Assembly: GCA_964016885.1 (NCBI GenBank)
Contig: OZ024740.1
Location: forward strand, 263,190,001-263,254,000
Reading direction: 5' to 3'
DNA: 64,000 nucleotides
Source of the DNA: Eledone cirrhosa
Taxonomy: Eukaryota
The translations under genes and the position numbers were made by a program. Below, piece by piece: positions 1 to 14,420 of the stretch (positions within the stretch are counted from its first letter, which is position 1; every line of letters begins with the position of its first letter). The notes under the pieces were generated by a model. That model made no database searches. It was not told the origin of the DNA and was given only the letters and a program-made list of their open reading frames with translations.

Positions 1-3000
1 ACGACAACAACACCACCTACAACAACAAGAAGAACACTTTAGCAGCGGCAGCAGCCAAAAAGATGCCATACTTCAGCATGGACTTCTCGAACAAAGATGA
101 AAAGTTAGCACAGGCCTGAAAGCTCATGAAGCAAGAGCAAACCTGGGCCAACTTAACTGTCCCAGTAGAAGCTATTGAAGCAGTGGAGCGCAGAACGGTG
201 CATTACAGATGCATCTCAGCAGAAACTAAGAGGGCAGCTTTAATTCCACAAGTTGATGCCGAAGTGGCGCTGAGGTGCATCAGGAATGACACCGAATACA
301 TAGCAAGGGGCAGACAATACGGCATCATTACGGTGCTGTTTAAATCAGAAGCCCTCGTTATGAAACATGCTATGACACCTAGCAAGACCAGCAAGGTCAT
401 AATGTACACCTCCAAAAAAGAACAGCCCGTCTCCGCATCCCCAGAATCCCACCAGGACTTGACATGTGGTGGCTTCTGGGATATGTGATTGTGGAGGGGA
501 CGGATACCGTCCCTATAGAAGTGACAAGAACTGCGAAAGTGGACTGGTCCGGCATTGACCTGGAGATACTTCTCTAGATCAGGCCGGAGAATGTCAAAAC
601 AATCCCGGACCACATCCGTTTTCAGAACGGGACGGTAATTTACATTATGATTAAGGGTAAAAGGCCGATTCTTTCGTTTGTGGGGAAAAAACACATTTGC
701 GAACCTTCTGACCTCAACTGCTGAAAGATGCAAGGGGTTTAAGGGCTCCACTGCTGCGACACCGGGGTGAGGGCCATAACCAACACCAGCACCGGCAAAA
801 CACCCAGTAACAACACACCACCACTAACATTGACCGACAGTGGGAAAACGAGGAAAGTTATCAACCCCCCCCCCCCCAAAAAAAAAAATACACACATCAA
901 TAAAAACATAAACACACATACAGACACAGACACACTTACAGACACAGACCCCTCATCTACCAGTAGTGAAGATGAGGGAAAACCAAAATATCCCAAAATA
1001 AAAAATGGAAACATAAAAAGAAAAGAAAATCAACAAAACCCACAATAAGAAAGTGCAGACACCACCCATGCAAACATCTCCGCAACAGCACCAACATCAA
1101 CACCACCATCACCATCACCAGAGGCCCCCAAACGCAAACAACCTAAACAGACGCAAGAATAAATACACACATACATCTGAAACCACAGTCACCGCACTCA
1201 CAACATACACAGACACACCCGAAACAACAACATCAAAACCATCAGCACCAGTCACGCAAACAAATAAAATCACACCAACAAAACATACAAAACTTCGTGC
1301 TCGTCAGAAGTGCCAACATGTAACTGATGACCCTCGTAACACATAGTAAAGAAATACAAAAAGAGGGACACATTTTAAATCAAGCATATTTCGCGTACCG
1401 GAAGATTTGTTTCTGGTACGAATGTCGCTCGTTTTATACAAAGAGATATGAGACAGCTTTCCTCGACATTTTCGACGACTATCAGATCTTCGCATCTGTT
1501 AGTCGGCCGGGAATGGGAGGTGGGGTGACAGTGCTATTTAGGAAAGGCCTGGATATCTCGGTACGCTCGATTTTCCGGGCCTTTAGACTGGCCGCCTAAT
1601 GGGGCAGGACAGCCGGATATCTTTAGACGCCTGGAAGCATTTCTGGGTACGTCTCGCCCTTTACTCTTGGCGGGGTACTGGAACAGCTTCTTAGACGCAC
1701 ACTGGGACTGTGTGGGAGTATGAGATATGAGCGGGGGTTGCAAAAGACTCAAGTACCTGATCAGCCAGTTCCAACTGTCTAACAGGTACCGACAAGATTT
1801 TCCTAATGTGCCAGTGTGGTCTTGGACCAATCATATAGGGTCATATAGATCATATAGAGAAAGGATATTCATTAGGGAAATAGACAGAAATAGTGTAAGC
1901 AGAGGCGCAGGGTGGTAATAAAACCACAATTCGGTCTTTGTCGGACCAAGAGAATGTGTGAGGCCTTTCGCCAACATTTTGCTCGGTTGTTCGGGTGGAG
2001 TGGCGGGTCAGAGACGGTGGCGGATTTCAGTCCCTACCTCGATGACTTGCCGAAACATTCGAGGCCGACGCTGAGCGCTGCGAAAGGCCGATTACTTCAG
2101 CTGAAATTCAGAATGCCCTTGTCGGCTGCATGAGGCGCAAGTTACCCGGTTTGGATGGTCTGCCCTACGAGCTTTACGTAAATATGCCTGACTTGTTCTC
2201 CGATCTCCTCGAAGCGCTCTATTGCAACTGGCAGCAGAATGGTAGTATTCCCAGTTCTGTGAGTCGGGTCGTAGTGACGCTGATAAGGAAAGACGAGAAC
2301 AAGAGGGACACATTAGATAATTTCAGGCCCATAACTCTGCTCAACACTGTGTTCAAGATTTTGGCCAAGGTCTTAGCGAAGAGGTTGGCGCTTGTCGTCG
2401 AGGATTTGGTTGGGGAGGCGCAAACGTGCGCAATCCCGACCAGGTCCATAAACGACAACCTCCACCTGAGGCGATACATCATATAGAGGGTAGGGTGTAA
2501 ACCTGGCTTCGGTGGGTCTCTGATCAATTTAGATCAATCGAAAGAATTCGATAGGGTCGAGCATCGGTACCTGGAGGCTGTCCTCAAGGAAGTTGGCTTC
2601 GGCCTCGTCTTCAGAAGCTGGATTGCTGCAATGCACAGCGGTATCTGCTCAGTGGTCAAAGTTAATTGCCACCTCTCGGAACCGTTTCAGGACTCCCGAT
2701 CGGTCCGGTAAGGGTGCTCTCTCTCCTCCCTTCCGTACGTATTGACTCTCCAGCCTTTACTGCGGAAGCTGTAGCTGTTGCAGGGCATGCCGCTCGAATT
2801 AGGACGCGTAAAGTCTGCTTCGGCTTATGCTAACGACATCATCGTGACGGTGTCGGACACCTCGGCAATCGAGGCGGTCGCAACTTATTGAAGGAATATG
2901 AAAGGTTGACGGGAGCAAAACTTAACCCGGAAAATTCGGTGGGCTTGCATCTCGGCACCAGGAGAGGCATCTCCATGCCATCCAACAGCTTCGTTGGGCG

Positions 3001-4475
3001 CTGGACGACGGAGCGGTAAAGTTGCTCGGAGTTTATTTTGGGCCTGACCTCGGGGTAGATGAGAATTGGGATGAGGTGACGAGCAGAGTAGCCAGTCTCA
3101 CCCAGAAATGGGCTGCGAGAAAGCTATCACTGAAAGGACAGGCTGAGGTGGCGAATGCGTACACCACGTCCGCTATCTACTACCGCATGACCGTCGTCCC
3201 TTGACCCCGTTCATGCTTCGCCAACTTGGAACGGCTCTTTTTCAAATTCTTGTGGAGGGGACAGGTTGCGTTGGTGAGGCGGTCCATCTGCTGCCAGCAC
3301 CCTCTACGTGGAGGGCTGGGCATGCCGTGGCTACTGATGCGCAGACATGCGCTGAGTCTGCGGTATCTTCAGATATTCTGCCTAAAAGTTGAACAGGTGT
3401 GGTCGCCGTTTGTCTGACGAGCCTTCCGCAGCACGCCTCTTTGACTGAGCTACAGTCCTGTGTCAAGAAGATACTGAGACTGGTCGACTGGCACCTGGAA
3501 TGTTGCCAGGCAGTCATTGCCCTCTACCAGGAGGGAAATGCGGTCAGTGGAACTTCCACTTTTGACTTCTATAGAGGAATAGTGGTGGGAAAGTGTGACG
3601 ACTCACTCGGAGAGGCTCTGGTCGTCAACGAAGTCGAACTAACCAGTCTGTTCCGGAGGATTTTCGGGCCGGGGATGATGGATAATTTCGAAAAATCCTT
3701 CGCTTGGCAGTGTTACCGGGGTACACTGCCGGTTCGAGGAGAATTATATAGGCACGGAAGTGCTATCAGACGAACCTGTCCAAGATACGCTCAGAGCAAC
3801 GAAACCGTCCTATACGCACTCGTCCAGTGTCCGTGCATTACTGACTTGTGGAATTATGTCGAACAGCTGTTGTCGCGTGTACAACGGAGCTGGCTATCGG
3901 CCGAGTCCTTAGTGAAGATCAACCCGCCACCGTCTTTTGCCCAGGAAGAGCAAGCAATTTTCCTCTGTCTGGTGGCAGTAGCGAAGGAGGTTTTATGATG
4001 GACCAGGTTGAAAGGACTGAAGACAGACACTTTTCTCTTCGGCCAATCCCTCATCAACTTTTTCAAGTATCACTTGGAAAGGAAGGTGAGGGGGTGAGAG
4101 AAGCGCTGCCCCCAGTACATTTGCTGAAAGGTCGGTGAATGTGGCGAGAATGGCCCGTGTGAGTGGGCCTACACTGATCATGCGCTTGTAGGTGGGTGAA
4201 TTTTAGGAGGAGAGGGGTGCCCTTCCAGGGTGCTCACCAGCGTCAGGTGGTTCAGGATTTGGTGGGGCACATGAGTGATCTCTGGTGGTCATCCCCCCCC
4301 CCCGCCCAATTAGGGAATTTTGCTTGTTGTATTTTTATTGTTATTTTGTTATTGTTATTTATATTGTTTACACGTTGTATATGTAAACCCCCACTATCCC
4401 AGTCTTTTGGACTGTCCCGTATATGTCGGCCCTTGTGGCAAATAAATGAAACTATTATTATTATTATTATTACTA
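1..4475 (+). mobile_element. L1/Tx1-type non-LTR retrotransposon, decayed (ORF1 remnant, APE endonuclease, RT, C-terminal zinc knuckle); runs off the window at the 5' end
   Basis: RT motifs PGLDGLPYELY and FRPITLLNTVFKILAKVLAKRL (2130-2486), LGVYFG (3022), CPRY..ETVLYALVQCP (3399-3998); many stops and frameshifts; (ATT)n tail at ~4453-4475; homologous to 48537-54190. Confidence 0.92.
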
Positions 4476-5099
4476 TAATATATATATATATGTGTGTGGG
4501 GGTGTGTGTAAAGATGACTCTTATCCTTTGATGCCCATGCATATTATTTATATATGCTACTTTAAAATAGTGTTATCAATTATCAAGAACATACACACAT
4601 GCACACAAATAAATAGTGAGTGTGTGTGCAAGATACTTATTGAGAGGGGAGGGAGAGGAGAGAGAGAGAGAAAGAAAGTAAACTAGGAAGGACTGTTGAA
4701 CAAGAGCGTGAGATAAAAAGACATGCAAAATACATCACGTGCATATGTATGTATGTTCTTTTGGTTTTATAATTTCATAAATGTTTGCCAATAGAGAGAG
4801 AGTCGGATTCTAACAGAGATACAAGACTCTCTCATTGGAATTTACACAACATCAACTAGGTAGGTATGTCTGCAAGTCTGCATGCATGCATGCATGTGTG
4901 TGCAGGTATCGATGTTATTGTATGTGTGGATGTGTATATTTTGAGTTATATGTGTACATGTGCATATTCTTTGTATCTGTACAAGTGTATATGCAGTTAT
5001 TAGATATAAAAAATCTGAAATGTTTTACATAATTTTACTTTTCCATTAATGGTTGTACTTTTAATTTCCTAACTAGTCGTGTTCTTTCCGTTTCTATAA

Positions 5100-5630
5100 A
5101 GCCCAGTTCCTTAAGATGTGTACTGAGTGAGTTACTAACATAACCCAGTGCCCCAATAATCACAGGCATAAATCTGAAGGTATAGTCATGGTATAGTCTG
5201 TACATTTCTCATTAGTTCTGCATAGATATTCTCCTTTTCGCTAATCTTTGTTATTATATTGGCATCTGCTGTTACCTTCCACTACTGTGCATGCCTTTTT
5301 TTCCCTGTCCCATTTCATTATATCTGGTCTGTTATGCCTGTAGTTTACTAGAACATTCATCCACTATTCTTTCATATTATTTATATGTATGTCTTCCACA
5401 ATGCTGTATCTTTCAATGTGTTTATTGTCGGGGCTATCTTTTCTGCGGATTGCTTTGTCCAGTGTTTGGCCTCTACACCATGCCTCATAGGTAGATAGTA
5501 CCGTGATGACATCTTTGGACAGCTGCTTATGACATAGGTGACATCGTCGATGTAAATTCCGCAGAATTTGCACTTGTTGTCGTATCGAGGTGTTTTGCCT
5601 GCATCCCTATCTCTTTTGTGGATCAGGTAT
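5100..5630 (-). mobile_element. 3' fragment of a LINE with a restriction-like endonuclease (R4/Dong-like), decayed
   Basis: Minus frame KCKFCGIYIDDVTYVISSCPKMSSRYYLPMRH is a degenerate CCHC knuckle followed by RH; downstream IIGALG-like motif near 5150. Confidence 0.7.
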
Positions 5631-5632
5631 TT

Positions 5633-5729
5633 TGTATGTATGTATGTATGTATGTATGTATGTATGTATGTATGTATGTATGTATGTATGTATGTATGTA
5701 TGTATGTATGTATGTATGTATGTATGTAT
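5633..5729. repeat. (TATG)n microsatellite
   Basis: Direct reading. Confidence 0.97.
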
Positions 5730-5866
5730 CTTTGTATGTATATATGTACATATTTTAATGCTATATTATTAATAATAATGTACAAACACTCCCTCAACAA
5801 ACAAAAAAAACTTCAGTGAAAAACAAATACAATTGGATAAACAAAGTATTGCCTAATTGGAGAAAC

Positions 5867-5967
5867 AATTACTCCTGATGAGACAGTTAGTTAACCGGCA
5901 ATGCCTTCGGTTATCTGTCAAGAACAAGCTGTTGAAACGGCAAAACTCAGCCGTTATATATATAATT
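5867..5967 (+). ncRNA. Hammerhead ribozyme-like motif, stem I eroded
   Basis: CTGATGA 5875-5881; stem II gacagtt/agctgtt enclosing an inner taaccg/cggtta hairpin; GAAA 5934-5937; stem III cggc/gccg then TT. Confidence 0.55.
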
Positions 5968-6689
5968 ATTTACAACAGTGACATGTTAAGTATCATTGGG
6001 TTATTCATTCAGACTGATACATAAATAATGCTGGCTTCCCCCATGGAGGTTTTAGAAAACGTAGGAGAGTTTTAAGGGTAGCTAATCCGGAATTTATCTA
6101 TTAATAAACAACTCCCTTGTATAATATATGTGAAAAGGAATAATACTATAAAAAGGGGAAGCACTTTTTGTTACATAAGAAGCCCTAGATGTAAGTTAAA
6201 AGTCGAAGTCAATAAATTCATTTAATCGGTCTATACCATTTTACAGTACGAAATTTGCTTCATGAGGTCAACGACTAAGGCAGGTATTTAAGCAGCGTTT
6301 TTTCTGAACCCATTTCCGTGAGTACATTCCAATTCTCCGAGTTACACAGCTGTCAAAATTTCGTCCCATTGACATAGGTTGGATTTTTTCCTGTATCGTC
6401 CAGATAATGAAGAATACTGTATCATTATTTTTGAGGTTCCACACCTGAGTTGTATGATTTTTGTCAGGATGTCTGAAGGTTGTTTCGTGGTTCAGGAAAC
6501 GACTTTTGAACAGGCGCTCAGATATATGTCCAGGTTTCAGTTTAGTGGTTTTTCTTGGTGTAGGTCACTTCTGCTTCACATACCACCACTTGAGTGTTGC
6601 GCTGTTGATCCAAGGGGCATGCCTCTGGCCTTCTGCATAAGCACCTGTAAGGTGGGAGGCTTTTGTGTTTGTTGGTGACGTGTGACGTT

Positions 6690-7030
6690 TTGTTACTGTA
6701 TGGAGGCTGAATATTTATCGGTATTTATGGAGTCGGTTCAAGAGCCGTTTCCTGAACAACGAAACAATCTTCAGACATCCTACAAAAAAAACATACCATG
6801 TCGCTCGCGAACTATGTGTGGAATCTCAAAAATAAGGACAAGGTGACCTCTATTGAATGAACGAAATTGGAAAAAAACAGCCCCCATGTCAATGGTACGA
6901 AATTGTGCCAACTTTGTAACTCGAAGTGGAATATACTCTCGCAACAGGCTTTAGGTAAATGCTGCGTAAATACACTCTTTGTCTTCTTTACTCGCATTAA
7001 GCAAAATTCGTTGTGAAAAAATGGTATAGA
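6690..7030 (+). pseudogene. PLE GIY-YIG endonuclease remnant
   Basis: RFKSRFLN, TMSLANYVWNLKNK, NGTKLCQLCNS; a diverged inverted copy (YVNGTKF*QLCNSE) lies on minus at ~6320-6375. Confidence 0.7.
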
Positions 7031-7389
7031 CTTGATTAAATGAATATATTTTCTTCTATATTGCAACTTAACGCTTGGGCTCCTTGGGTAATACAAATGC
7101 GTCCATTCTGTTCTCTTTCATAGTTATCTCCCTTGACACTTACATTATTCAAGAGATTTGTCTATTTATAGATAAGCTCGGGATTACCTAGCCTTAACAC
7201 TCTCCTAAACATTCTAAAATATATATAAGCGAAGTCATCATTATTTATGTAACAGGCTGAATAAATTGGTGTGAATAATCCAAGGAAAACGTAAGTAACT
7301 GTACATAGCACTGATGTAAACAATTATACTTAACTCGTCCTAGGACTGAGAGCACTTGACTTGGATATTTAAACCAAATTTATACTAGA

Positions 7390-7503
<114 letters not shown>

Positions 7504-7719
7504 AGTTACCAGTTAGACAGGTAATACAATATTCATGTAAGTACTCGATACATGGTGAAATAGAGTGCATATATAGTGGAAAGTTATTGAGCGACGGCTG
7601 AGCTCACGCCGTTCCAAAGTTGAAGTGTCGTGAGCTTAGTTGTCGAGAACTTACATTTTCTCTCTCTATATATATATATTTATATATATATGTATATATG
7701 TTTGTGTGTATGTATGTAT

Positions 7720-8038
7720 GTTCTTCTTTTTGGTAAATATCATCTTGGTTAAGAGAGTGGGACTGGCTTTGTGCAGTGCCTTTGCTCACTATAAAAGCTT
7801 CACGGCACAGGCACTGCTTTATATCTGGAGATCTCTCTGCACTTGTCGTCACATGGTACCATGGGCCCAGCACTATGTATCAATAATTGTCACAAGTGTA
7901 GTGTTTGTACCAGAGTTTTCAAGTCACTGGCTGGACTAAAAAGTCACACTCGTTCAGCGCATCGGTAGGGGTTCTCCTACATGGATATAAAGTAGTGGCC
8001 GTACTCGAAAACGAGTTGGCAGCCACCATGTATGTATG

Positions 8039-8040
<2 letters not shown>
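7720..8040 (+). mobile_element. RTE-type LINE 3' end
   Basis: C2H2-like KCSVCTRVFKSLAGLKSHTRSAH*; 3' stem-loop ctcg-aaaa-cgag then ggcagccacc and (ATGT)n tail. Confidence 0.7.
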
Positions 8041-8088
<48 letters not shown>

Positions 8089-8416
8089 TGAGTTTCTCAC
8101 AGGCGATTTACAAACATTTATGTGCTTATTCTGATGTAAAACGATTGTTTACAAAATACAGATTAAGCCTCTTTCTTAGATAAGAAGAAAACTAACTTGT
8201 ACAGATGCAAGCAGGAATATACTTTATACAATAGTACATTCTCTTCTTATGACACATTTATTCATATACACCTGCCACAAAATATAATAAAACTACTCAT
8301 GAATGAACAAGGGCCTAGTTTCAGGTACACAATATGGAGGATCATTTTTCCGACCAAATTCTGAGGATCATCGCCAAATATACGGAGAATCTTTGATAAC
8401 CTGAGAGAAGAGAGTG

Positions 8417-8552
8417 TCGTCTTCTTCTTCTTCTTCTTCTTCTTCTTCTTCTTCTTCGTCTTCTTCTTCTTCTTCTTCTTCTTCTTCTTCTTCTTCTTCT
8501 TCTTCTTCTTCTTCTTCTTCTTCTTCGTCTTCTTCTTCTTCTTCTTCTTCTT

Positions 8553-8621
<69 letters not shown>

Positions 8622-8632
8622 GTTATTGTTAT
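8417..8632. repeat. Compound (CTT)n/(ATT)n microsatellite
   Basis: Direct reading. Confidence 0.97.
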
Positions 8633-10633
8633 TCCTTGAATCTCAGTCATTGATGTTGGTTAACCGGAAAGTCCGCCGGATTGAATATCAAGCCACTACC
8701 TGCAGCCTCAGATATTCAGGACGTATCGGAGGGTTCTTGCCGTTCCAAGCAAGCATGCCTTTTGAAGCGTTCCAAAAAGCGTGAAGGGGCCGATTTTCTT
8801 TAACCATCCCTGGAAACCTTTGGAGATAGTCCCCAGTGCGCCTATGACAATCGGGATCACTTTGACTTCATGGCAGTTCCAAATCCTTTTCACCTCCCAC
8901 TTTAGGTCCTGGTATCGGTTAATTTTCTCCCTCTCCTTCTCTTGCACACTCGTGTCGAACGGGCAGGCCACATCCACAATCAGGCACGATCTTTTTTCTT
9001 TGTCCACAACCACCAGGTCAGGTCTATTGTGTTCCAGTTTTTTGTCCGTCTGTATCCTAAAATCCCACAGCACCTTCACCTGACTGTTCTCCATCACCGC
9101 CTCTGGCCTATGCTCATACCATTTCTCAGAATGTGGTAGATTGTTTACTTTGCACAGGTGCCAGTGGATCACCCTGCCCATCACATCGTGTCTCCAGCCC
9201 TTATAGTGGGTCTGGGCTAGTTGTTTACACTCGGACACAATGTGAGCCACAGTCTCCTCTCTCTCTCCACAGATCCTGCACAGTGGGCTAGCCTCCTCCT
9301 TGTAGATATGGTGCTTCAACCACTTCGTTTTGAGGGCCTGCTCCTGCGCAGCCATTAGCATTCATTCTGTAGCCTTTTTGAGGTCTCCTCTTCTCAACCA
9401 GTTCCATGTCTGTGGATCTCTAAATTCAGTTTTCTCAAAGAAGGTACTATGAAGGGATTTTCCCTTAAGGCTGCTCTTCCTCCTTGATGTTATTTCCTCC
9501 TTGGATATCCCCTGGCCTACTGTCCCCTCCTTCAGTACAGCTCTGAGCATTGGCTCCTTACTATAGGTCACGTATTTGTATAGGTTGTTTTTCTCCATCC
9601 GAACACATTCCTCTATGCTGATAAGACCTCTTCCACCCTCAGATCTCCTTAGGTAGAGTCTATCGACGTCACTCCTCTTGTGGAACATGTTGTAGATAGT
9701 CAATAGCTTCCTAGTCTTCCTATCCATTTCTTTTTGTTCAGCAACATTCCATCTCAGAATTCCCGCACTGTACCTAATAATAGACACAGCTCGGGAATTT
9801 ACTGCGCTTATGGCATTTCTGCTGTTCAGATGTGACTTCAATACGCTCCTTACTCTCCGAATGTATTCAGTTCTTAACAATTCCTTCATTTTTTTGTTCT
9901 TTATGCCATCAGCCTCCAGAACGCCCAAATACTTGTATCCTTCCTCAGAGTCAATTTCCTTTATCATCTCACCTGTTGGTATCTGGATCCCGTTACTTCT
10001 GCTCAACCTACCCCTCCTAATCACAATGACTCCACATTTACGAATACCAAACTGCATACATATATCACTGCTGAAAATACGGACAGTGTCAACAAGCACA
10101 TCCAACTCCTTCTCACTTTTCCCGAAGAGCTTAAGATCGTCCATGAAGAGGAGGTGATTGATGGTAAGCTCTCCCCTTCCCAACTTGTATCCTGCTCTCA
10201 CTTTTCGCAGCATAATGGTCAAGGGCATCAGGGCAAGGACAAACAACAGAGGGGACAGGCTATCTCCCTGGAAGATACCTCTCTTGATCTTCACGCTTCC
10301 CAAGGATACTCCAGTTGATGTCAACTCTGTCTCCCAGGACCCCATACTCCTGCCCAGCAACTGTCTGATGTTATCCGCCACCCTGAAGATCTCCAGGCTT
10401 TTGGTGATCCAGGAATGAGGCACCATGTCAAATGCCTTTCTGTAGTCTATCCATCCCATGGCAAGATCAGTGTGTCTCCTCCTGCAATTCCCCATTACCA
10501 TCTTATCAATAAGCAACTGGTCCTTTGTACCACGTGACTTCTTTCGGCATCCTTTCTGTTCGTCCGGCAACAAGTTGTTTGTGTGGAGGTGATGGTAGAT
10601 TTCCTCAGACACAATGCTCGTCAACAGTTTCCA

Positions 10634-10700
<67 letters not shown>
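8581..10700 (-). mobile_element. R4/Dong-type non-LTR retrotransposon, 5'-truncated, inserted in (TAA)n
   Basis: RT plus restriction-like endonuclease frame; (TTA)n on both flanks (8581-8620 and 10636-10700). Confidence 0.9.
8708..10636 (-). pseudogene. RT plus restriction-like endonuclease ORF, interrupted by one in-frame TGA (9362-9364)
   Basis: [32 protein letters not shown]; CRICGEREETVAHIVSEC, RHD, RPDLVVVD, EKINRY. Confidence 0.92.
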
Positions 10701-10701
<1 letters not shown>

Positions 10702-11211
10702 TTGGATCCCCAAATGAGACAATCCGATGTCATGGATGACATCCATCCATGTTGCTCCGAGTGTATCCCCTGGATATCCGGCTGGTTTGCTCGTAAAATG
10801 TTGTCACTGACCACCTGATATGGAAAAATGATTGGAAGGCATGGCAATCTCAAAATATAACTTCCCCAGTTAAATAATAGTGGTAGTGTCGGCCATCTTA
10901 CCGACAAAATCAGGAAAGAAATCATTTGTAGTTCTTGTTACATTTATCTTTCCACTTTTCTCTCCTTGCTTTGTTTTCCAAATCGGAGCATATCCTTTAA
11001 CCATCCTATTCAATATCTCGGAAAAAAAAAAAAAAAAAAGAGATTTCATCGTAATGATCATCGTAATAATCAGCATTTTATAAACAAATCATAAATATTG
11101 ATTATTGTTCAAGAATATCTCGTAAAGTAAAAATTAATAAAAAAAAATAATCATTCCGCTAACAGCAGAAGAAATATGTGCAACAGCATTACTGTTAGCG
11201 AAGAAGAGTTT

Positions 11212-11437
11212 AGTAAATCCTAAAATTGTTAAACTAAAATTCAAACTAACCGACCAGAGTAAATCCGAGAATTGTTAAACTAAAATTCAAACTAACGACC
11301 AGAGTAAATCCGAGAATTGTTAAACTAAAATTCAAACTAACGACCAGAGTAAATCCGAGAATTGTTAAACTAAAATTCAAACTAACGACCAGAGTAAATC
11401 CGAGAATTGTTAAACTAAAATTCAAACTAACGACCAG
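11212..11437. repeat. 45-bp minisatellite, about 5 copies
   Basis: Unit gagtaaatccgagaattgttaaactaaaattcaaactaacgacca, head-to-tail with no spacers. Confidence 0.93.
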
Positions 11438-12066
11438 AAAACAGCAAATCTGGTTCACTGAGGGTACAAGATACTCTCCATGGATAGGACGCCTGTCTAT
11501 TGCAGGGTTAAACTCCTACATATTTCTGGTACTCATTTTCAGGATACAGTGCATAAATCGAACATTATGATCATATCCAACACCCTTACATTTAGACCAT
11601 ACGCCTAAATCTTTAAATGCACCTTCGAAATTCCAAGATGTCTTTGAAATAATTTGATTAACTGGATATTAAAACTGATAAATAACTGACGTGTTTCCAA
11701 CATCCCCATATTTTCAATCGAATTGTTAGAAGCTTAGCATGTTACAGCTAATGCCAATCAAACCTGATGCAAAAGGAAAAACCACGAATAAATTGTACAA
11801 GTTTTACGTATCATCGAGTCCGTTTATTTATGCTAATTAGATTGCCCACTAATTATCTACAAAAAACTAAATTAGATTTTCAGGAATATTAAGTTACAGC
11901 TTTCAATCACATATCACAAGTGTCTCATTGAGGGTATTAGTACAATTTACAATGTACAGAGTCGTAGTAATTAATGATTTACAAAATGCATAAAAATTAC
12001 AGAAAATAGAATAAATTATGAGCAGCGATACTAATGAGGTCCAGCAACCTCATGTTTGCATACATA

Positions 12067-12254
12067 CAGAGGTCAGCTGAAAAGTTTATAGGCTGACCAA
12101 GATACTCTCATAAAATGACCAAATAAGTTTTATTTTTTCCGAAAAGAAACAAAGCAGTTATTAATACAAAAAGTTGAAATTAATTCATGCAATATTTCAC
12201 AGTTCTAGCATCATTCCTTGACAGTCAGCTTATGAACTTTTCAGCTGACACTCG
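12067..12254. mobile_element. Mariner-type MITE
   Basis: TIRs cagaggtcagctgaaaagtttataggctgac / gtcagcttatgaacttttcagctgacactcg; TA on both flanks. Confidence 0.8.
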
Positions 12255-12312
12255 TATTATCCACGATGCTAAAAATAAATTGGTGTTAAATACTTATTCA
12301 ATTTGACTTTAA

Positions 12313-12530
12313 TATTGGTTTCTTATATAGGTACAAGGCCAGCAAATTTGGGGGAGGGAAGTCGATTAAATCGACCCCAGTGCGTGACTGGTACTTTATT
12401 TTATCGACCCCGTAAGGATGAAAGGCAAAGTTAACCTCGGCGGGATTTGAACTCAGATCATAAATGGCCGTAACTCTATGCTGCAAAGCATGGCGTCCGA
12501 TACTCTACCGATACTGCTAAGCCACCGACC
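12313..12530 (-). mobile_element. tRNA-headed SINE (Meta/MESC-like central domain)
   Basis: Minus strand: A-box-like tagcagtatcgg, B-box gttcaaatcc, core gcctttcatccttacggggtcgataaaataaagtaccag. Confidence 0.88.
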
Positions 12531-13009
12531 CATTTGACTTTATTATTAAAACCTAGTAAAGAGCAGTTAATTGGCGTAGTAGATAAATGGTTGTACAACA
12601 TGACACTAGGGACTACTTTAGCAGAATAAGTACAAGTTACAAGTGGCTATAAGTGGCTATCCTATAATGAGAGCCCGATTTATAAGTGCGAAGAGAAATG
12701 CTCTGGATTCCAATCACCAAACAGAGTCCTCATCCTTCTCTGAAGAGCACCCTTCTTCTTTCTCGAGGTACGATCTGTTTGTGGATCGAACCTGGTTCTG
12801 GATTCGTACGTTCCTCAGATACGTCAAGTGATTTCGAAGCAAATCCACTTTCTACTGGACTATGACCCTTCGAATTTCTATCATCTGCTTCATCCTGTTT
12901 GCGCGGTACTCCGATTGGTTGATAGATCGGGGCGTCATCTTTGTGCATGAACATTCAAATCTGACCATTGCTCATTTCCATTCAGGTGTGAGCTGTCACT
13001 CACCCTAAT

Positions 13010-13109
<100 letters not shown>

Positions 13110-13590
13110 ATTATTTAATATTAAATAATTGTTTCTACTTTAGGCACGATGCCAGCAATTACTCAGTGCATTACTGGTACTTTATATTATCGACCCCGTA
13201 AGGATGAAAGGCAAAGTCAACCTCGGCGGGATTTGAACTCAGATCGTAAAGGGACGTAACTATGCTGGAAAGCATGGCGTCCGACCCTCTACTGACACTG
13301 CCAATCCACCAATGACACACACACAGTTCAAATCCCGCCGAGGTTGACTTTGCCTTTCATCCTTACGAGGTCGATAAAATAAAGTACCAGTAATGCACTG
13401 GGTAATTGCTGGCCTTGTGCCTAAAGTAGAAACAATTATTTAATATTAAATAATTGTTTCTACTTTAGGCACAAGGCCAGGAATCACCCAGTACATTACT
13501 GGTACTTTATTTTATCGACCCAGTAAGGAGGAAAGGCAAAGTTAACCTCGGCAGGATTTGAACTCAGATCGTAAAGGGACTTAACTCTAT
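13110..13590. mobile_element. Cluster of three copies of the same SINE (-, +, -)
   Basis: Core at ~13175-13240 (-), 13326-13435 (+) and 13455-13588 (-). Confidence 0.88.
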
Positions 13591-13835
13591 ACTATATATA
13601 TATACATATGTATATAAATATATATACATACATATATATACATATACATACATATATATACATATACATAGATATATATATACATATACATATATGTATA
13701 CATATACATACATACATATATATATATATACATATACATACATATATATATACATATATGTACATATATATATACATATATATATATACATATACATACA
13801 TATATATATATACATATACATAAATATATATATAT

Positions 13836-13900
<65 letters not shown>

Positions 13901-13974
13901 CATACATATATATACATATATATATATACGACTACATTATATATATAAATACATATACATGCATATATATACAT

Positions 13975-14005
<31 letters not shown>

Positions 14006-14258
14006 CATATACATACATATATATATACATATATATACATATATATATACATATACATACATATATATATACATATACATACATGTATATATACATATAC
14101 ATACATGTATATATACATATACATACATATATACATACATATATACATATACATACATATATATATATACATATATATATACATACATATATATATATAT
14201 ACATACATACATACATATACATATATATATATATACATACATATATATATATACATAC

Positions 14259-14299
<41 letters not shown>

Positions 14300-14303
14300 C
14301 ATA

Positions 14304-14346
14304 CATGATGGCTGCCTCCTCGTTATCGAGTATGGCCATTGCACGA
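14304..14346 (-). mobile_element. Very short RTE-type 3' terminus
   Basis: Minus strand ggccatactcgataacgaggaggcagccatc+(atgt), matching the terminus at ~7997-8035. Confidence 0.65.
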
Positions 14347-14380
14347 GAAAAAAAATATATATATATGTATATATATATAT

Positions 14381-14416
<36 letters not shown>

Positions 14417-14420
<4 letters not shown>

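Noticed and set aside
8342-8653. Poly-Arg and poly-Ser ORFs
   Set aside because: (CTT)n microsatellite.
11212-11437. Regular repeats resembling a CRISPR array
   Set aside because: Units are contiguous with no unique spacers, the context is eukaryotic, and there are no cas genes.
12643-12954. Short ORFs in a GC-richer island
   Set aside because: No recognisable domain or splice support; left unassigned.
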